A stretch of 64,000 bases of DNA from Antedon mediterranea (Eukaryota > Animalia > Echinodermata), in the NCBI RefSeq assembly GCF_964355755.1, contig NC_092675.1:2785812-2849811 (forward strand), read 5' to 3'. This document shows, in pieces, positions 1-13,207 of the stretch (positions within the stretch are counted from its first letter, which is position 1; each line of letters starts with the position of its first letter). The position numbers and the translations under genes are program-made. The notes beneath the pieces are model-generated. The model searched no databases. It was given only the letters and a program-made list of their open reading frames with translations, and had not been told where the DNA came from.

Positions 1-278
1 TATAAACAAAATTCAAACAAAATAAAGAAATCATATTCAAGTCAAGAGAAGAAAATAAAATCATGTTTCTCCCACCCAGACAAAATTACAATATTGATAA
101 TGAAGCAGTAGATAGAGCGAAGAATGTTTTGGCAAATAAAAGTTGAGATTTTTAAAATAATACATGCACAATTTTTTTAAACTATTTTTAGCATAACATT
201 GTGACATTTTTTTTAGAAAAAATATAAATGATAAATGGTTATCAATTTGTGATGGATTGAATGTTGCACTGTACTTAC

Positions 279-2135
279 CTTGCATATAAATTTGACATTT
301 TTTTCTAGAAAGGCAACAGACACTACTACTTGTGGTTGATCTAAGATGTCAATGTCTTTGTCGGTAGTCTTAGCTCCATGTTTCTAAAAAAAATATAAGT
401 ATCTGATATGTTTAGCGGGTCAACAGATCATCTCCAAAGCAGAATGCAAGCAATTTAAGGAAGGTGATGGAGATTTTGTTATAGCCTACAGTATAATATA
501 ATAATATTTTCAACTTACAATGTCAAATCTGTTTTTATGGTAACTTGATACGACACCAAGTGTTCTTTTCATCTTTTCAGCTCTACGAAATCTATATAAA
601 AGATTAAATAGAAAAGCGAACTTAAACACCCCTTCCCTGCAATTTTGGACGTTTTTTGGAAAATAATACATATATATCACTTTAAAAACATTAAACCATG
701 TCATTCCTTGTCTTAAATGTACGTTTTATGGTAAATTATGATAAAAAGTGAAAAACAATGCACTACCTAAGTAGCTCGCGGCGATCGACCTCTCGTGGAC
801 GGTCTTAGGCCTAGCCTAGCTAGGCTTAGTTTTGTAGGCCTAGCTGGTAAACATCGGTAACCTACGAACATCGTACGCTAGCTATATACTTAGCCTGACG
901 TTGTATAGTTGCTGCATTAATTGTCTTTCTATTTTTGCCAGACTCCGTTGATACAAATTGGGGAAAACCCGGTATTTTCGCTGAAAAGTTAGGAGTCTTC
1001 CATTTGTTTTGGCCTCACGATCGATCGAAAAGTGGGCGAATTACAGGTGAAAAACAAAAATATCAATCCGCGCGCAATGCATTTTGGGATTTATAGCGGG
1101 CCGCTATAATTATTAGAATCGACTTATTTTTCACATTTTTAACCGTTTAAAGACGAAAAAAGTTATCGCAATAAGACCATATAGTATTATTTTTACATCA
1201 AATATAGTTTGTGATCTTAAATTAGATCTAAAAAACGTAGGGAATGGGGCTTTAAATTGTAGCTGATTTTGTCTAGTATGTAAGTGTGTACCCAATAATA
1301 ATTAAAAATTGAATTATGAAAGTATGAAATATCTAAGTTTATTTATCCAATTAATTCACAATTCATAAAACTACCATAAATAATTTATCTTTCAAGGTTG
1401 TTTTCGGTGTAAAGTAAAGCTTGGTTCACATTGGGCGTAACCCAGCAAATGAGTGTTTAGTTGACGATTTACAGTTCTTTACATTATGGGTCAAAGCACT
1501 TACCCTAAACACATAAGATGCTCACCACCTTTAGGAAGAGACTTGGCCAGATCAAAATGTGCTATCTCATCAGGCAGCTTGCCACACATCAATTTATCAG
1601 GGCTACAATTGACAAACACAATACATTAAAAAAAAATAATTATAGGCCTACAACATATCTTACTTCTTAGGTGTATCTAGTTGAGCCAATCCAACAACTT
1701 TACTCTACTTGTTTGGCAAGTGAAATAAAAATGTTTGGAACATAAAAACCAGAATTGGTGTGTTACTGTTGGTATTATGAGAGGATTTAATGAATTTTTT
1801 GATATAACTCTTCTCAGAGAATATAGGCCAATGTCTGTTTATTCAGGTAAGTTAAGCACACAAAAAAATCTGCTAATTTACTTGCAAACTGTTCCAAGTT
1901 CATCAATTGTGGAATCTTCAACTTCCATCAACTGCACAATTTCTGATTTAATAAGTGCCTCCCTTTTTTCTGGGTCTTCATTTGAATTTTCTGTAGCGAT
2001 GTTGTTCGGTAAGAGATCTTCCTCATCAAAGATTTCCCTACATGCCTCATAGAAACTGCCAATGTGAACGAAGTCGGAAATGTTTGTACGTATCGAATTC
2101 TCTTCCAAGTTTGTGAAGTATTTACCAATGCTCAT
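279..2135 (-). CDS. SNAPC3: snRNA-activating protein complex subunit 3 (SNAP50), 5' part; coding exons 2135-1882, 1602-1504, 591-519, 383-279; continues beyond the window start
   Basis: GT-AG junctions join in frame: MSIGK...ISDFVHIGSFYEACRE...IDELGTVCNPDKLMCG...EHLMCLGFRR...KHGAKTTDKDIDILDQPQVVVSVAFL. This parallels the SNAPC3 N-terminus as I recall it (FHVGAF...ELRAVCGLDKLKC...DLVTLG...ELILSVNIL). The diagnostic zinc-finger region is outside the window. Confidence 0.72.
622..1255. mobile_element. Probable Kolobok-like non-autonomous element in a SNAPC3 intron
   Basis: Imperfect inverted ends ttaaacaccccttccctgcaatttt / aaaaaacgtagggaatggggctttaa, each bounded by TTAA. Confidence 0.35.
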
Positions 2136-2499
2136 TATAACTGAAAAGTAAACGAAAAGTTAAAATTAAATGTTCGCAAAACAACAGTTGCTATTCTATG
2201 GATTTCATGCAGATTTTGTTTTTCCTACAAGGATAATATTATTACACGATCGTTAAATAGTACGTACTATTGCACGCCATGTGACCCACAATCAATATGA
2301 AAAAAGACAAATTTATAATTTTTTCCACATGCATGACACAGACAGTAGAAGTCAGTTGGCAATTTATTATACATATAGGCCTATATGTTATGACCTCATA
2401 CAGTAGGCCTACATTGAAACATAATTAATACTGTAAATTAAAACTTGCGTTATTTGGATATAATAATATGTTATTTTCATACAAATTTCATTATAATTG

Positions 2500-2873
2500 A
2501 CCCTGCAGGAACTTCTTGAACTTGAGTCTCCAATGCTGCTCCCTCTCGCGGCAGAGTAGATAATCCTTTATTTACTTCCGGGATGATCAACGTCATAGAT
2601 TTTACAACTAAGCCTCTTCAGAGCGGCTTAACAATTGGTTAGAGAAATACAATATTGGTGATGTTGGCCAATTGTGGCGTTTGTTAAATCTATTGATTAA
2701 TTGTGTTTACGCGCGCCAAGAACAAGTCAGTTTTTATCATCAGGAGAAAAGGTCTTTTTTGCAACATCATCAGAGCATAATTTTTGCCGATTATCCATGT
2801 AAAATTGTATCTAAAATAAATACATATCTTTTAGTATAATATAATAGGAGAGTATCTAGTAGATACAGGCAAA
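2500..2873. promoter_or_regulatory. Shared bidirectional promoter of SNAPC3 and CHAF1A
   Basis: Divergent ATGs at 2135 (-) and 2874 (+). ETS-like ACTTCCGG at ~2574, CCAAT boxes at ~2633-2672, E2F-like GCGCGCCAA at ~2711. Confidence 0.55.
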
Positions 2874-5800
2874 ATGGAAGAAAATAAAAAGAGAAATGCT
2901 TCACTTGCTGGTAAATATGTTTGGGTTTGTAAATCGTAAATCTAGCGGCTAGCCTCTAGCCTAGCCTACTACTAGCCTAGGCTAGGCCTAGTTAGAGTAA
3001 GCTAAGTAGCCTAACTAGGCCTAACTGTATCACAGCACAACACAGTTGTACCTGGACTAGCCCAGCCTCTCTCTAGCTAGATGGTAGTCTAGTAGGCTAT
3101 CCTGGCTGGGGTCTGCTGCATTCATACATTGCCATTGCATTGGGCATGCAGAGCTAGCTAGACCTATTTCTATAGGCTAGGGGTAGGCCTAGCCTACTAG
3201 ACTGATCATGCTCAGTTGCCTCTTGTGTTAAATTAAAGAGTATTTTATATTATAATAATATTATTATTAATAAATAGGCCTAGGGCCTAGGCCTAATAAT
3301 ATATGAATTTACGATTATTTTGTATTAAATAATATTTATATGCACTTGTCAATTGTATGACCCACTATACGACCCCCAGCCAGGAAAGGGCGCCAGGAAA
3401 GGTGCGTCATGGGTGCATCATTTACAAATAATTATTGACGCAGGGGTGCGTCAAAAAACCTAGCTAGATGGTACGTCACATCAATGAACAATGGTGTGTC
3501 AATGTCCGTCACTTTACCACCCACCATATCATAAACAACATGGTCACAGTGCGTCAAAATGGGTGCGTCATGGTCACCTAAAGGTAAGTCACATTTTGAC
3601 ACATGGGTGCGTCATGGTATTCACAGACAAATGATGTACCTCTCCCAGGGGTCGTATATTGGGTCATACAATTGACAAGTGCATTATTCATCATCATGTG
3701 ACAATTACTAATAAAATGTTTATTTGCAGCCTTTGAATTTGTTTTGAAATTGATGTTGTTTTTTAATTTTAATTAATCCAGTTGTTATTGTTAATTTTAA
3801 TTAGTTAGTTTTTAATATTGTTATTCATTTTATTTCTTTGACTTATTTCATAGTGCACCCATAAAATAAAACATTAAATAACAAAGAAAAACATTCAATG
3901 AATTACAAAAATTGTTTGGCAAATTTATCTACCAATCAATGTTCTGTTTATTAAATTTGAACATGTCAAATGTGAATAATTAAAAATTTATTTTAGGTCC
4001 ATTTTAAATCTGTATGAGTTTCTTTTTTAAAGGTATAGACAGGCCACCAGCAACAAATGTTATTGTAAGCCCTCCATCAAAAAAACTAAAACAATGTAAG
4101 TAACAAGTTGCATCTACAGTTAACTGAAAATATCTTGTTTTGCATGTATAATACTGCAGGCTTTGAGTTGTTGTGTCTTGATGTAGATGTTTACTAAATT
4201 TAATTGTGCTTCTCATGGGCATCATACAGTAGGAGTGTGTTAGGTGAGTGATCGCACTCCGATGCCTAAAAGGTCAAGGCCTTATTCTCTTGTTGGACTA
4301 TGCCATTGTAGGTTATACTTTATTTCTGAAATGTTAATCCGAAGAGTGCATCCTATGGTTGAATGATATGGCAAGCATGAAAGACTGTTTATAAGAGCAT
4401 TGTTTTAAGATTTAGAGTCAAAGTTAATTTATAAAAGGGTTCTCATAATAAAAAAACAAAACAAAAAGAATTATCAACCTGCCTGATTTCAAATGGACAA
4501 CTAAATTGTATTTTTTTCCTAATTTTCTAGGTCGATTGCCATTCCAACTTTTAACGCCATCACCGACACCTAACCAAAAGCCAGCGACGCAGATAGATCA
4601 AGAAACAAATAAAAGAAAACGTGCTGTGTCTGGAGAATCATTAGAGTCCCCAGTCAGCCGAACAAAGTCATCTGAAAATAAACCAAAACTAGCACCAGTA
4701 AAAAAATTTAAATCTATAAGTAATTCCACATCTGATGCTGAAGTGAGCTCAAGCTCCGAAGCTGCCTCAAGTCACGTGTTGGTATTAGAAGCCGATAGTA
4801 GTTCTCAGTCATCAAAGCCTGTTGTACTTGATCAGTTTTTTAACAAAACACAACAGCCTGAAGTTTCTACCTCAGACGGCGAGGATGTAATTGAGAGATG
4901 CGGTTTGAAATCGAAGAATCCTGATGAAGAAGACACCAACAAAATCATTGATGAGTGCATTAAAGAGGTTCTTGATAAGAAGAAATCTAAAACACCTAAA
5001 GTTGACATAATACAAGCCTCTCCTGATACTTCAGTGCAGAAGTCACCAACAGCTACAGAGAAAGGTAGTTCTGTAATGGACGAATGTAAAATGAATCCAG
5101 ATAGATCAAAAAAGTCTGAGTATACTGTCGATGATGACTGTATAATCATTACAGACTCACCCCTAAAGGCTGATGATGATTGTTTCATTCTCACAGACGC
5201 GGCAACAAAATCTAAAGATACAACCGGTTCTATAATTACTGGAACACCAAAGATGTCTATACATGCATCAAAAGATGACGATTGTATAATTCTTATCAAC
5301 ACGCCAAAGACGTCAAAAGATTACGACTGTGTGTTTCTGAAAGACACGCCAAAGACCTCTAAAGTCAGCATCATTTCACCCAAGCATGCAAGTGAGAAAG
5401 AGGAGAATTCCAAAACAGTAAGTCCTAAAGATGGTGAGATGGATGTGGTAACAACACCAGTTCATGTCCGCACAGGTGCAAAACCAGTTAGGAAGTTGTC
5501 AGCATCAGTAGTTGCAGGAAAAACTCCTGAAGTTAAGGAAAGGACACCTGTCACAAAAGGAAAGACTCCAAATAAGGTACAAAGTTTTAAATATTTTAAC
5601 TTTAAAAACAGGAAAAACCCTACCAATAATTATTACGATATTTTGGTTGATTTAATTATATGTTTAAAAAATTTTTTTAAAATCTATTTACACATCTTTT
5701 TATAGACTCCCAAGTCAGCAAAAGCCCTCGAAAAAGAGGCTGAAAGAAAAAGAAAACAAGAAGAAAAGGTTGGTAAATTTTGTATTTGGCAATTTATGCA

Positions 5801-8800
5801 CGATGCTGCTTTCTGAGAACCTTTTAGAAGGTTCAACTGCATATGTGTAATTGTGGAAGTTCATAGACTTTTGGTATCTTTATAACTCATAAAACTGTAT
5901 TATTGTGTTGTATGATTTCTACAGGAGAGACTTATAAAGGAAAAGAAACAAAAATTAGAGGAAGAAAAGGCAGAAAAACAAAGAATAAGAGACGAAGCAA
6001 AAGCGGCAAAAGAGAAAGAAAGACTAGAAGCAAAACGAATGAAGGATTTAGAAAAAGAGAAGAAGGAAAAAGAAAGACTTGAAAAGAAACAAAAGGAAGA
6101 AGAATCAAGACAAGAAATACTGAAAAAGAAAGAAGAGGAAAAGAAGAAGAAACAAGAAACACTAGAGTAAGGAATACAAATGATAAAGAAATAATGTAAT
6201 GTAGCACCATAGAACCAATAACAAGATGAGAACCAATAGGAAACATTTGTGTTTTTCATTGTGTCAAGACATGATATGCCATAATATGATATTTTGAAAG
6301 CAAATGGCCTTTTTGAGGCCACTATCTATCTATTAGCGCTCCTGGTAAACCTATACTAAATGCTTGATGTCTTATAAATTAATTACCCAGTAAGTTATAG
6401 AATGTCTAAATCATCCTAACAAATAGTCCAGAAATACATTTAATTTTGTTCTTTATGTGGGAAATAAACGTTAAAAAGAATTTATATGATGATTCAACAG
6501 GGCTAGATTACAAGAAAAGAAGAAGAAAGAAGATGAGAAACGAAAACAGGAGGAGGAAGAAAGTAAACTGAAAGAAGAAAAAGTAGGATTTATTAATTAT
6601 TTAACAGTTGTATTGTACATTAATTCAACTAAAACATACTGTACCGAGGGGGTTGTACAGCTGCCACACAAACACCCACGCCAACCTCTAACCCCTCTCC
6701 GGGGTGGTTCAATAGTTGGCTGTATTTGTGTACCAACAACTACCTCTATTAAGTGGACACTTTCCTGTGAAACTGTAGCTTAAAAAAGGGCAATAATGTA
6801 TATTTCAAAATATTCCATTTATACAGAGACTGAAACAGCAAAAGCAAGAAAAGAAATTTTTCAACTTTTTTACCAAAGCCCCGGAACCTGCTGCTCCTAG
6901 TGAGAAAACCACTCCTAATCTAAGCTGCGGTCCATTTGCGGCATTTGAGTTGAAAGATGGAATGACCCTTGCACCACGAGTGCGCAGAGTTATTGATGAT
7001 GACGCAAAACAAGAATTGACAAGATATATTAGCAACCAGGTAAATTGGTATTGATAATGGCAAGGTGAAATTGGCAATGATTTGTTTGCTTTCTAGGCAT
7101 TTTGAGATAAATTAAATTATGTGTGGATAATGGTACTGAAAGTGGTTCAACATTAAGTAGTAAATGTGGGAACATATGACTAATTAAATTTAATTATTTA
7201 GAGAAGAAACAAGCACGAATGTGCGATACTCGGGGTACAGCAAAAGAAGCTGTAGTGACGTCATAAGACAGGATGTGACGTCACATACACATCAATAACC
7301 TCACTACCAAATAGTTTATACGGCTATATGGTACCATCTTTGAGACGTCATATGGCTGCATCCGGGTTGAAATTAAAAAATCCGGCTCTATAGCTTTGAG
7401 GACATGTCCCTGTAGTATATTCATGCCAAATCCCAGCTCAAATATGATGCATACGAACAGGGAGGAGTAGTACTTTATAAATCGCACTTTTTACTCAATA
7501 GTGTCGGACGGAGGAGAAGATGAGAGTCCTAGACTCGGGTACCCCGAGTAAAAATTATTAAGACTGATAAAGTTTAACTGTGTTTTTTTTATTGTCTAAT
7601 AGATTGAGGCAGCATCATATTTGGAAGATATCAAGTGTGCTGGATTTAAGCCAGGGAAAGATTTAAAAACGCCAAGGTTTGTTTGTTTGTTTTTGCTGTT
7701 GTCACTAATTATCTAGTTAACAACCATAGATGTATTATATTACAACTAGATAGTCAACTCCAACACAACTCAAAAAGAAGCATATCGAATAAAGCTCTGT
7801 CTACACTATCAAACTTTATGTGACAAAAAAATGTGATGTATGCATATGGACATGATGATGTCATATCACTACCATATTTAAGTATACCAATACCATATTT
7901 GGGCACATCACACTTTTTTTTGTCAAACTAGTTTGATAGTGTAAACAGAGCTTAAGGTTGCATCCTCAATCGGCCAATCAGACACTACGCCTGCATTTCC
8001 CGCGCGCGAGTACACTCTATTGTAAGATATTAAATTCATTGCCATTAACAACTAGTAAACAAGTAAAACTCTTTTAGTATATAAAAAATGTAGTAGATTT
8101 GAGTTTTTGTATAATTTCAGGCCAATTGAACCTGATGTTGTTGTCATCTCGGAAGGGAAGCAACTTGTTAAATGCAAGTTTCTTAAATTCCATGAAAATT
8201 ATCGGCCTGCTTTTTATGGAACCATGAGGAAAAAGAGTGCGAAAGTACGAGCCCGGAACCCATTTGCTTTGGATGAGGTTTGTCAAGTTGTTATTGAGCT
8301 TCATTGTCCATGAATAATAAAGTATTTAACTGAATTTTAGTTGTGTTATCTCAAAGTATTACAGTATTAAACATGATCATATTCATTAATTCAACGTAAT
8401 ATAACAAGAACTCTATAATTATTTGTTTTACTGAAGCATTTAAATTGATTTTATTTTTTGAAGATTTTTGATTATGAGGTGGACAGTGATGAGGAATGGG
8501 AAGAACCTGGAGAGAGTTTGTCTAATTCTGAGGTATATAAACAAATATGTGTATATCATTTATAGTTATTAAACTTCTAAGCAAGAAATATTAGTTACAT
8601 TTTTATCCAACAGCACAACGAACTGAGAGGATTAGGGTGGGATGTGATCTCTTTATTTTAATTTAATTTTTAAAACCAAAACAGGTTTAAGCAGGTTGAG
8701 GACAAATATAATACCTTTACATTTATAATATTTAATGCAGGTGAACCATCATAGTAATTCTACTTTTATTGTAAAATCAGGGTGAAGATGAACCAGCTAG

Positions 8801-11307
8801 TGATGACGATGAAGATGATGATGGGTTCTTTGTTCCCCATGGTTACCTGTCCGAAGATGAAGGTGGTAACGAATGCGAGGTATACCTTTTAAGTTTCTCT
8901 ATTAAACTTTATGTGACAAAAAAAAAATTATGTGCACATATATGGACATGATGATGTCATATCACTACCATATGTCGGCACATGACACTTTTTTGTTAAA
9001 CTAGATTAATAGTGTAGACAGAGGTTTACTCTTTATTTTTAAATCCAGTGTGAACAGGGCTTAATCAAATCTTTTTGGATAAGGTTTTAAAACTGTAGAT
9101 TCAGTGTACATTTCTGGCCGTTGTGCACTTAAAAAGATCCCCGTACTGTAAAGTGTAGGAGGTTACCCAGGTTCATTTTCAGCTCTGTCTTGTGACAGTA
9201 TTCTTGTAACATTGCTGAGTTTTAATTTCACAATAGTTTCTACACTGCTTTTACCCTATAAAGCAAATTTTAGTTATTTAAAAACAGTGTAAAATTCAAT
9301 TTATTCATTCTATTAGACATCTATTAGACATATATTATTAAGATATTATATCAATATAAGAACTGCTATGAAATTTATATAATTTAAATCATTAAACATA
9401 ACATCTTTCTATCATGTTATTTCAGGATGGTATAAAAAAGATGAAAGAAAAGCAAGCAGCTAAGGCCCAGGCATGGGAAGCTGGTTTAAAAAAGAAACTT
9501 GAAGTTCTAACACCAGAGCTGATTGGTCCAATTTGGGTGGGCGAAGACAACGACCACCAATCAAAACAATGGAAAATATTGCAACAGTATGCAGCTATCG
9601 TTTTAGTAAATACTCCGATATCAACTAGTTTTAGCAGGTCACCTGCAAAAGAAAAAACTGAATCTGCAGGTGAAGCTGACGGAAAAAATATTTTGGGAAG
9701 AAAAGGTGTGCCTAAAGAAGGTGAGAAAAAAACATTTTTAAGTTGTTATTGTAATTCAGGTTTTAGAATACAGCAGAACTTCTAAGGGGACACCTTTGTG
9801 ACCCAAAAAGCGTCCTGTTAATAGGGTATCCCATTATTAGTGGTTGGCTGTAGTGTTAAAACATATATTCCCCCTAGATAGTTTTACAGGAAAGTGAAAC
9901 CCTCAATAAGGGTGTCCCCTGAATAGTGGTATCCCAAAGAATGTTTTCTACTGTATATACATTTCTGACTACATTGATGTTTTTGGGCATCAGTAAAGGA
10001 AATATCGAGAAGTAAGCCTCCATTTAAAAAATAAAAGATTTGTACTGATTTTTATGGCCTGCATTGCGTTGAACATAAGAAATACCAACTGAATATTAGT
10101 ATAATAATAATAATAGTAAATATTAAATATTAAGATTGCCATAACTTATGCAACCAACCCATTAACTTTCCTTCATTATAAGTCCTGCTTGGCCTGTGAA
10201 ACTTACTGAGACAGTTTCAACTAGCCAAAGAATCTAGAGTGCTATTTCTCAGTTGTATGTGAATTGAATTTTGTTTTTCTTGTATTACTTTTAACAGCAA
10301 TACCTGATTTAATGCAATTGGTGCATGGGAACACAGCCGGAATCAAGACACTAAGTCGCACATTCCGTGAATACTGGAATAAGAAGGAACAAAATGCCGG
10401 TACAAAAAATATAGTAAAAGGTGAATTTTCGCCTGGTAAGAATGCTACATGTGCTGATATTAGAGAACCATCGCCAGTTAATGATCATTTAGAAAGTTCA
10501 AGCCGTCCAGCCACACCATCCGCTGATGCAGAATTTAGTATATCCGCTCGTCAAATGAAACTAAAGATTAACAAGATCGCAGTACGTGAAAGACGTAATG
10601 GTTACGATCGTGATTGTTGGTACGTTCATGAAGAGTTATTAAAAAAGCATAATCTACTTGATTTACCGGTTCCAAATGCCGCTGTCGTTGTTAAAGAAAA
10701 GAAACCTAAAAATGCAGATAACTGTGTGCAGGCTTCAACTCCAAAAGTTAATCAAATTGCGCAGTTTGCAAAAAAACTTTCGCCAGAGGCTTACCAGAAG
10801 CAAACACAGCAAAGCTTGGCAGTCTTGAAAGAGAAGCAAGATCAAGAGAGGATAAGAAAAGAACGAGAGAGGGCGCTGCAATTAAAGCTGCAACAACAAC
10901 AAATTGAAAGATACCGACAAGAACAAGAGAAGGCCGCTCAGTTAGCGTTGGCAAATGCGCGGAAGGCAGCACAGTATGCAACGTCAAATCATTTGATGCA
11001 GCAATCTTCACTTTTACAATCGATTCATGTGATGCCATCATCCCGGGTCATATTTCAACGATTACCATCTGTTTTTACCTCAACACAAGATGGTCAAAAT
11101 TCTAAACCTTGTCCACCTCAGAAGACAACGCAAAACGTAGTGGAAATACTAGCTAAAAAACAGAACCTTTTATTGAATGCATCATCTGGTGGGAAAAAAA
11201 GTTTACCTCAGAAACCTTTTAACTTATCAACCTCTGATGAAAGTCTCCCTCAGAAAATGGAAGTGGATTGTGGGTATTCTGCAGATTCTGAGGGACAAGG
11301 GTTATAA
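2874..11307 (+). CDS. CHAF1A: Chromatin assembly factor 1 subunit A (p150); exons 2874-2910, 4033-4095, 4531-5576, 5706-5768, 5925-6166, 6501-6582, 6827-7039, 7603-7676, 8121-8277, 8464-8532, 8781-8879, 9426-9720, 10298-11307
   Basis: N-terminal PIP1-like KKLKQCRLPF, K/E/R-rich helix, PIP2-like QEKKFFNFFTK, KFLKFHENYRPAFYGTMRKKS, acidic DYEVDSDEEWEEPGESLS and DDGFFVPHGYLSEDEG, and winged helix LMQLVHGN...CWYVH. All introns are GT-AG. Confidence 0.95.
3340..3684. mobile_element. MITE in CHAF1A intron 1
   Basis: ~37-bp near-perfect terminal inverted repeats (TIRs) ATGCACTTGTCAATTGTATGACCCA.TATACGACCCC; interior has several GGTGCGTCA repeats. Confidence 0.8.
7211..7550 (-). mobile_element. Helentron-associated (HINE/DINE-1-like) element, family A
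   Basis: Read on the minus strand: 5' palindrome TACTCGGGGTACCCGAGT, 3' subterminal repeat GTACCCCGAGTA, then hairpin GCACATTCGTGC; inserted in a T run. Same family as 33795 and 34661. Confidence 0.75.
7791..7954. mobile_element. PIF/Harbinger (Tourist-like) MITE family 1; other copies at ~8890-9028, 13527-13691, 41680-41776, 42213-42383, 45325-45446, 55568-56709 (split by a LINE)
   Basis: TIR AGCTCTGTCTACACTATCAAACT flanked by TAA/TTA; shared core catatggacatgatgatgtcatatcactaccatatt. Confidence 0.8.
9769..9955. mobile_element. Tc1/mariner (pogo/Tigger-like) MITE
   Basis: TA-CAGCAGAAC...TTCTACTG-TA ends; internal ggacacc and aatagggtgtccc motifs recur at ~12390-12510, 20755, 29010-29100 and 35390-35495. 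Confidence 0.45.
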
Positions 11308-11344
11308 TTTTTCTGTACACAGTCGAACCCCTCTTTTGGGATAA

Positions 11345-11752
11345 CCTTATCAAGGACACACTCCTATCAAGAAGACACACTCCTATCAAGAGGACACACT
11401 CCTATCAAGAGGACACACTCCTATCAAGAGGAAACACTCCTATCAAGAGGAAACACTCCTATAAAAAGGACACACTCCTATTAAGAATGCACACTCCTAT
11501 TAAGAGTGCACACTCATATTAATAGGACACACCCCTATTAAGAGGACACACTCCTATCAAGAGGAAACACTCCTATAAAAAGGACACACTCCTATTAAGA
11601 GTGCACACTCCTATTAAGAGTGCACACTCATATTAGGAGGACACACCCCTATTAGGAGGACACCCCTATTAAGAGGACACACTCCTATTAAGAGGACACA
11701 CTCCTATTAGGAGGACACACTCCTATTAAGAGGACACACTCCTATTAAGAGA
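11345..11752. repeat. 19-bp minisatellite (AAGAGGACACACTCCTATY), about 21 copies, just after the CHAF1A stop
   Basis: Directly visible tandem period; preceded by CAGTCGAACCCCTC, which resembles a pogo-type MITE end. Confidence 0.9.
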
Positions 11753-12084
11753 TGCATTATTATTGGTGGTTACTCTATCTGTAACGTTAATTGATCTATG
11801 ATCTGGTTATTTAATGATAATTTTTAATTAGTTAAAAAGTTCCGTTAGACGTAAACTCGTATTCTAACGATTTCCACTCATTTAGTCTATTTATACTGTA
11901 GTATCTATAGTATTTTTGTAATTTTTATTTCAAATATTCATTGAAATATAAATAATTTTCTGTATTTTGGCAAAATTAAACCTTTTGATACAGTGTACCG
12001 CTGTCAAATCTATTTAAATAGTGATTGGTTTTTTTTTAATGTATGTACTTCGATATCAATTCCATCATACTTACGACATAGACA

Positions 12085-12358
12085 CAGCGCAAGCGTATTG
12101 ACCAATGGCAAGCGACAGTTCGAATAATCCATCACTTGTGATTTGTCAAATCACTTATGCTTGGTTGCCACTAGAGAGGCAACACAAAGACGTAACGCAA
12201 CGTGAGTTGACCAGTCACAAGCGATGGATTATTCCAAATGTCGCTTGTCATTGGTCAACACGATTGCGTTGCGTTTACGTCCTTACGTTACGTCCTAGTG
12301 GGAACCAAGCTTTACGTTGCGCAAACGTCCTTGCGATGCGTAGCGGGAACCAAGCTTA
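12085..12358. mobile_element. Harbinger-like MITE family 2 (rearranged copy)
   Basis: Ends in ctagtgggaaccaagctt; core cgcaacgcaag...tgaccaat...tgattgg shared with 31948-32128. Confidence 0.65.
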
Positions 12359-13207
12359 AAGGGTTAGTTTCGACACCTAACACAATTTCACTTCATAGGG
12401 GTGTCCATTAAATAGGGGTTGGCCGTCCTATCGCTATAATATGTAACATAATATTTTCCCTCGGGTAATGTCCCTTTAATAGGGTTTCCCAAAACAGGGA
12501 TTCAACTGTATATTGATTCAGTGCAGTACAGTATTCTATTCAGTTCGTTATAGCTTTTTTTTAAAAGTAATTTGTATCCGTTTGTGTGATGGTTGTGAGA
12601 TAAAAACTAAATATCGTACAATCGTCCCAGAAAGTTTATTCATGTGAAAAGCCACAAAAGGTTTGATGGGCTGATTATTTTTTTAATCTAAGATTCAATA
12701 ATCAATGTTGCTGCTGGGTCCTATCCTGTAAATTTTCCATGGGGACACCAAATAAGGGAGGTAAAAAATGGATTTAATCATGTGAAAAGCCACATAAAAG
12801 TTGTTGGACATTGTTCCCATATGTGTATACAATGTTAAAACAGTAATGACAGCAACATTATCCTGTAAATGTTAGAAAAACAAAGTAGGGTAGTCTAAAC
12901 TAAGACTAAAGTTCTGTAATTGGTGTACATTTACAACGATGCTAATATGGAATGTAGTTTGAAATTATGTTTACATTTTACACAATCGCAATTTAAAATT
13001 AAACCTCAAAATAAACCAATCCGCGGAGAGTTAGCGTTTGACTTTTAACATCGTATCGGATTTAGAATTGTACCTACTGCGTTTCGCAACATATTTAATA
13101 TTCAGAGGTTAATTTGGACATGAACCAAACTGTTTATGGTATTTTAGGTTAAGTGCTTGTCTATTAACTTTCTCATAACAACACGAAGAGATGGAGTTAT
13201 TTGTTTA

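Noticed and set aside
4810-4835. HP1-binding PxVxL motif in CHAF1A (KPVVLD)
   Set aside because: Spacing does not match P-x-V-x-L.
4832-6322. Minus-strand ORFs 4832-5302, 5900-6322 and 5932-6246
   Set aside because: Antisense shadows of CHAF1A exons.
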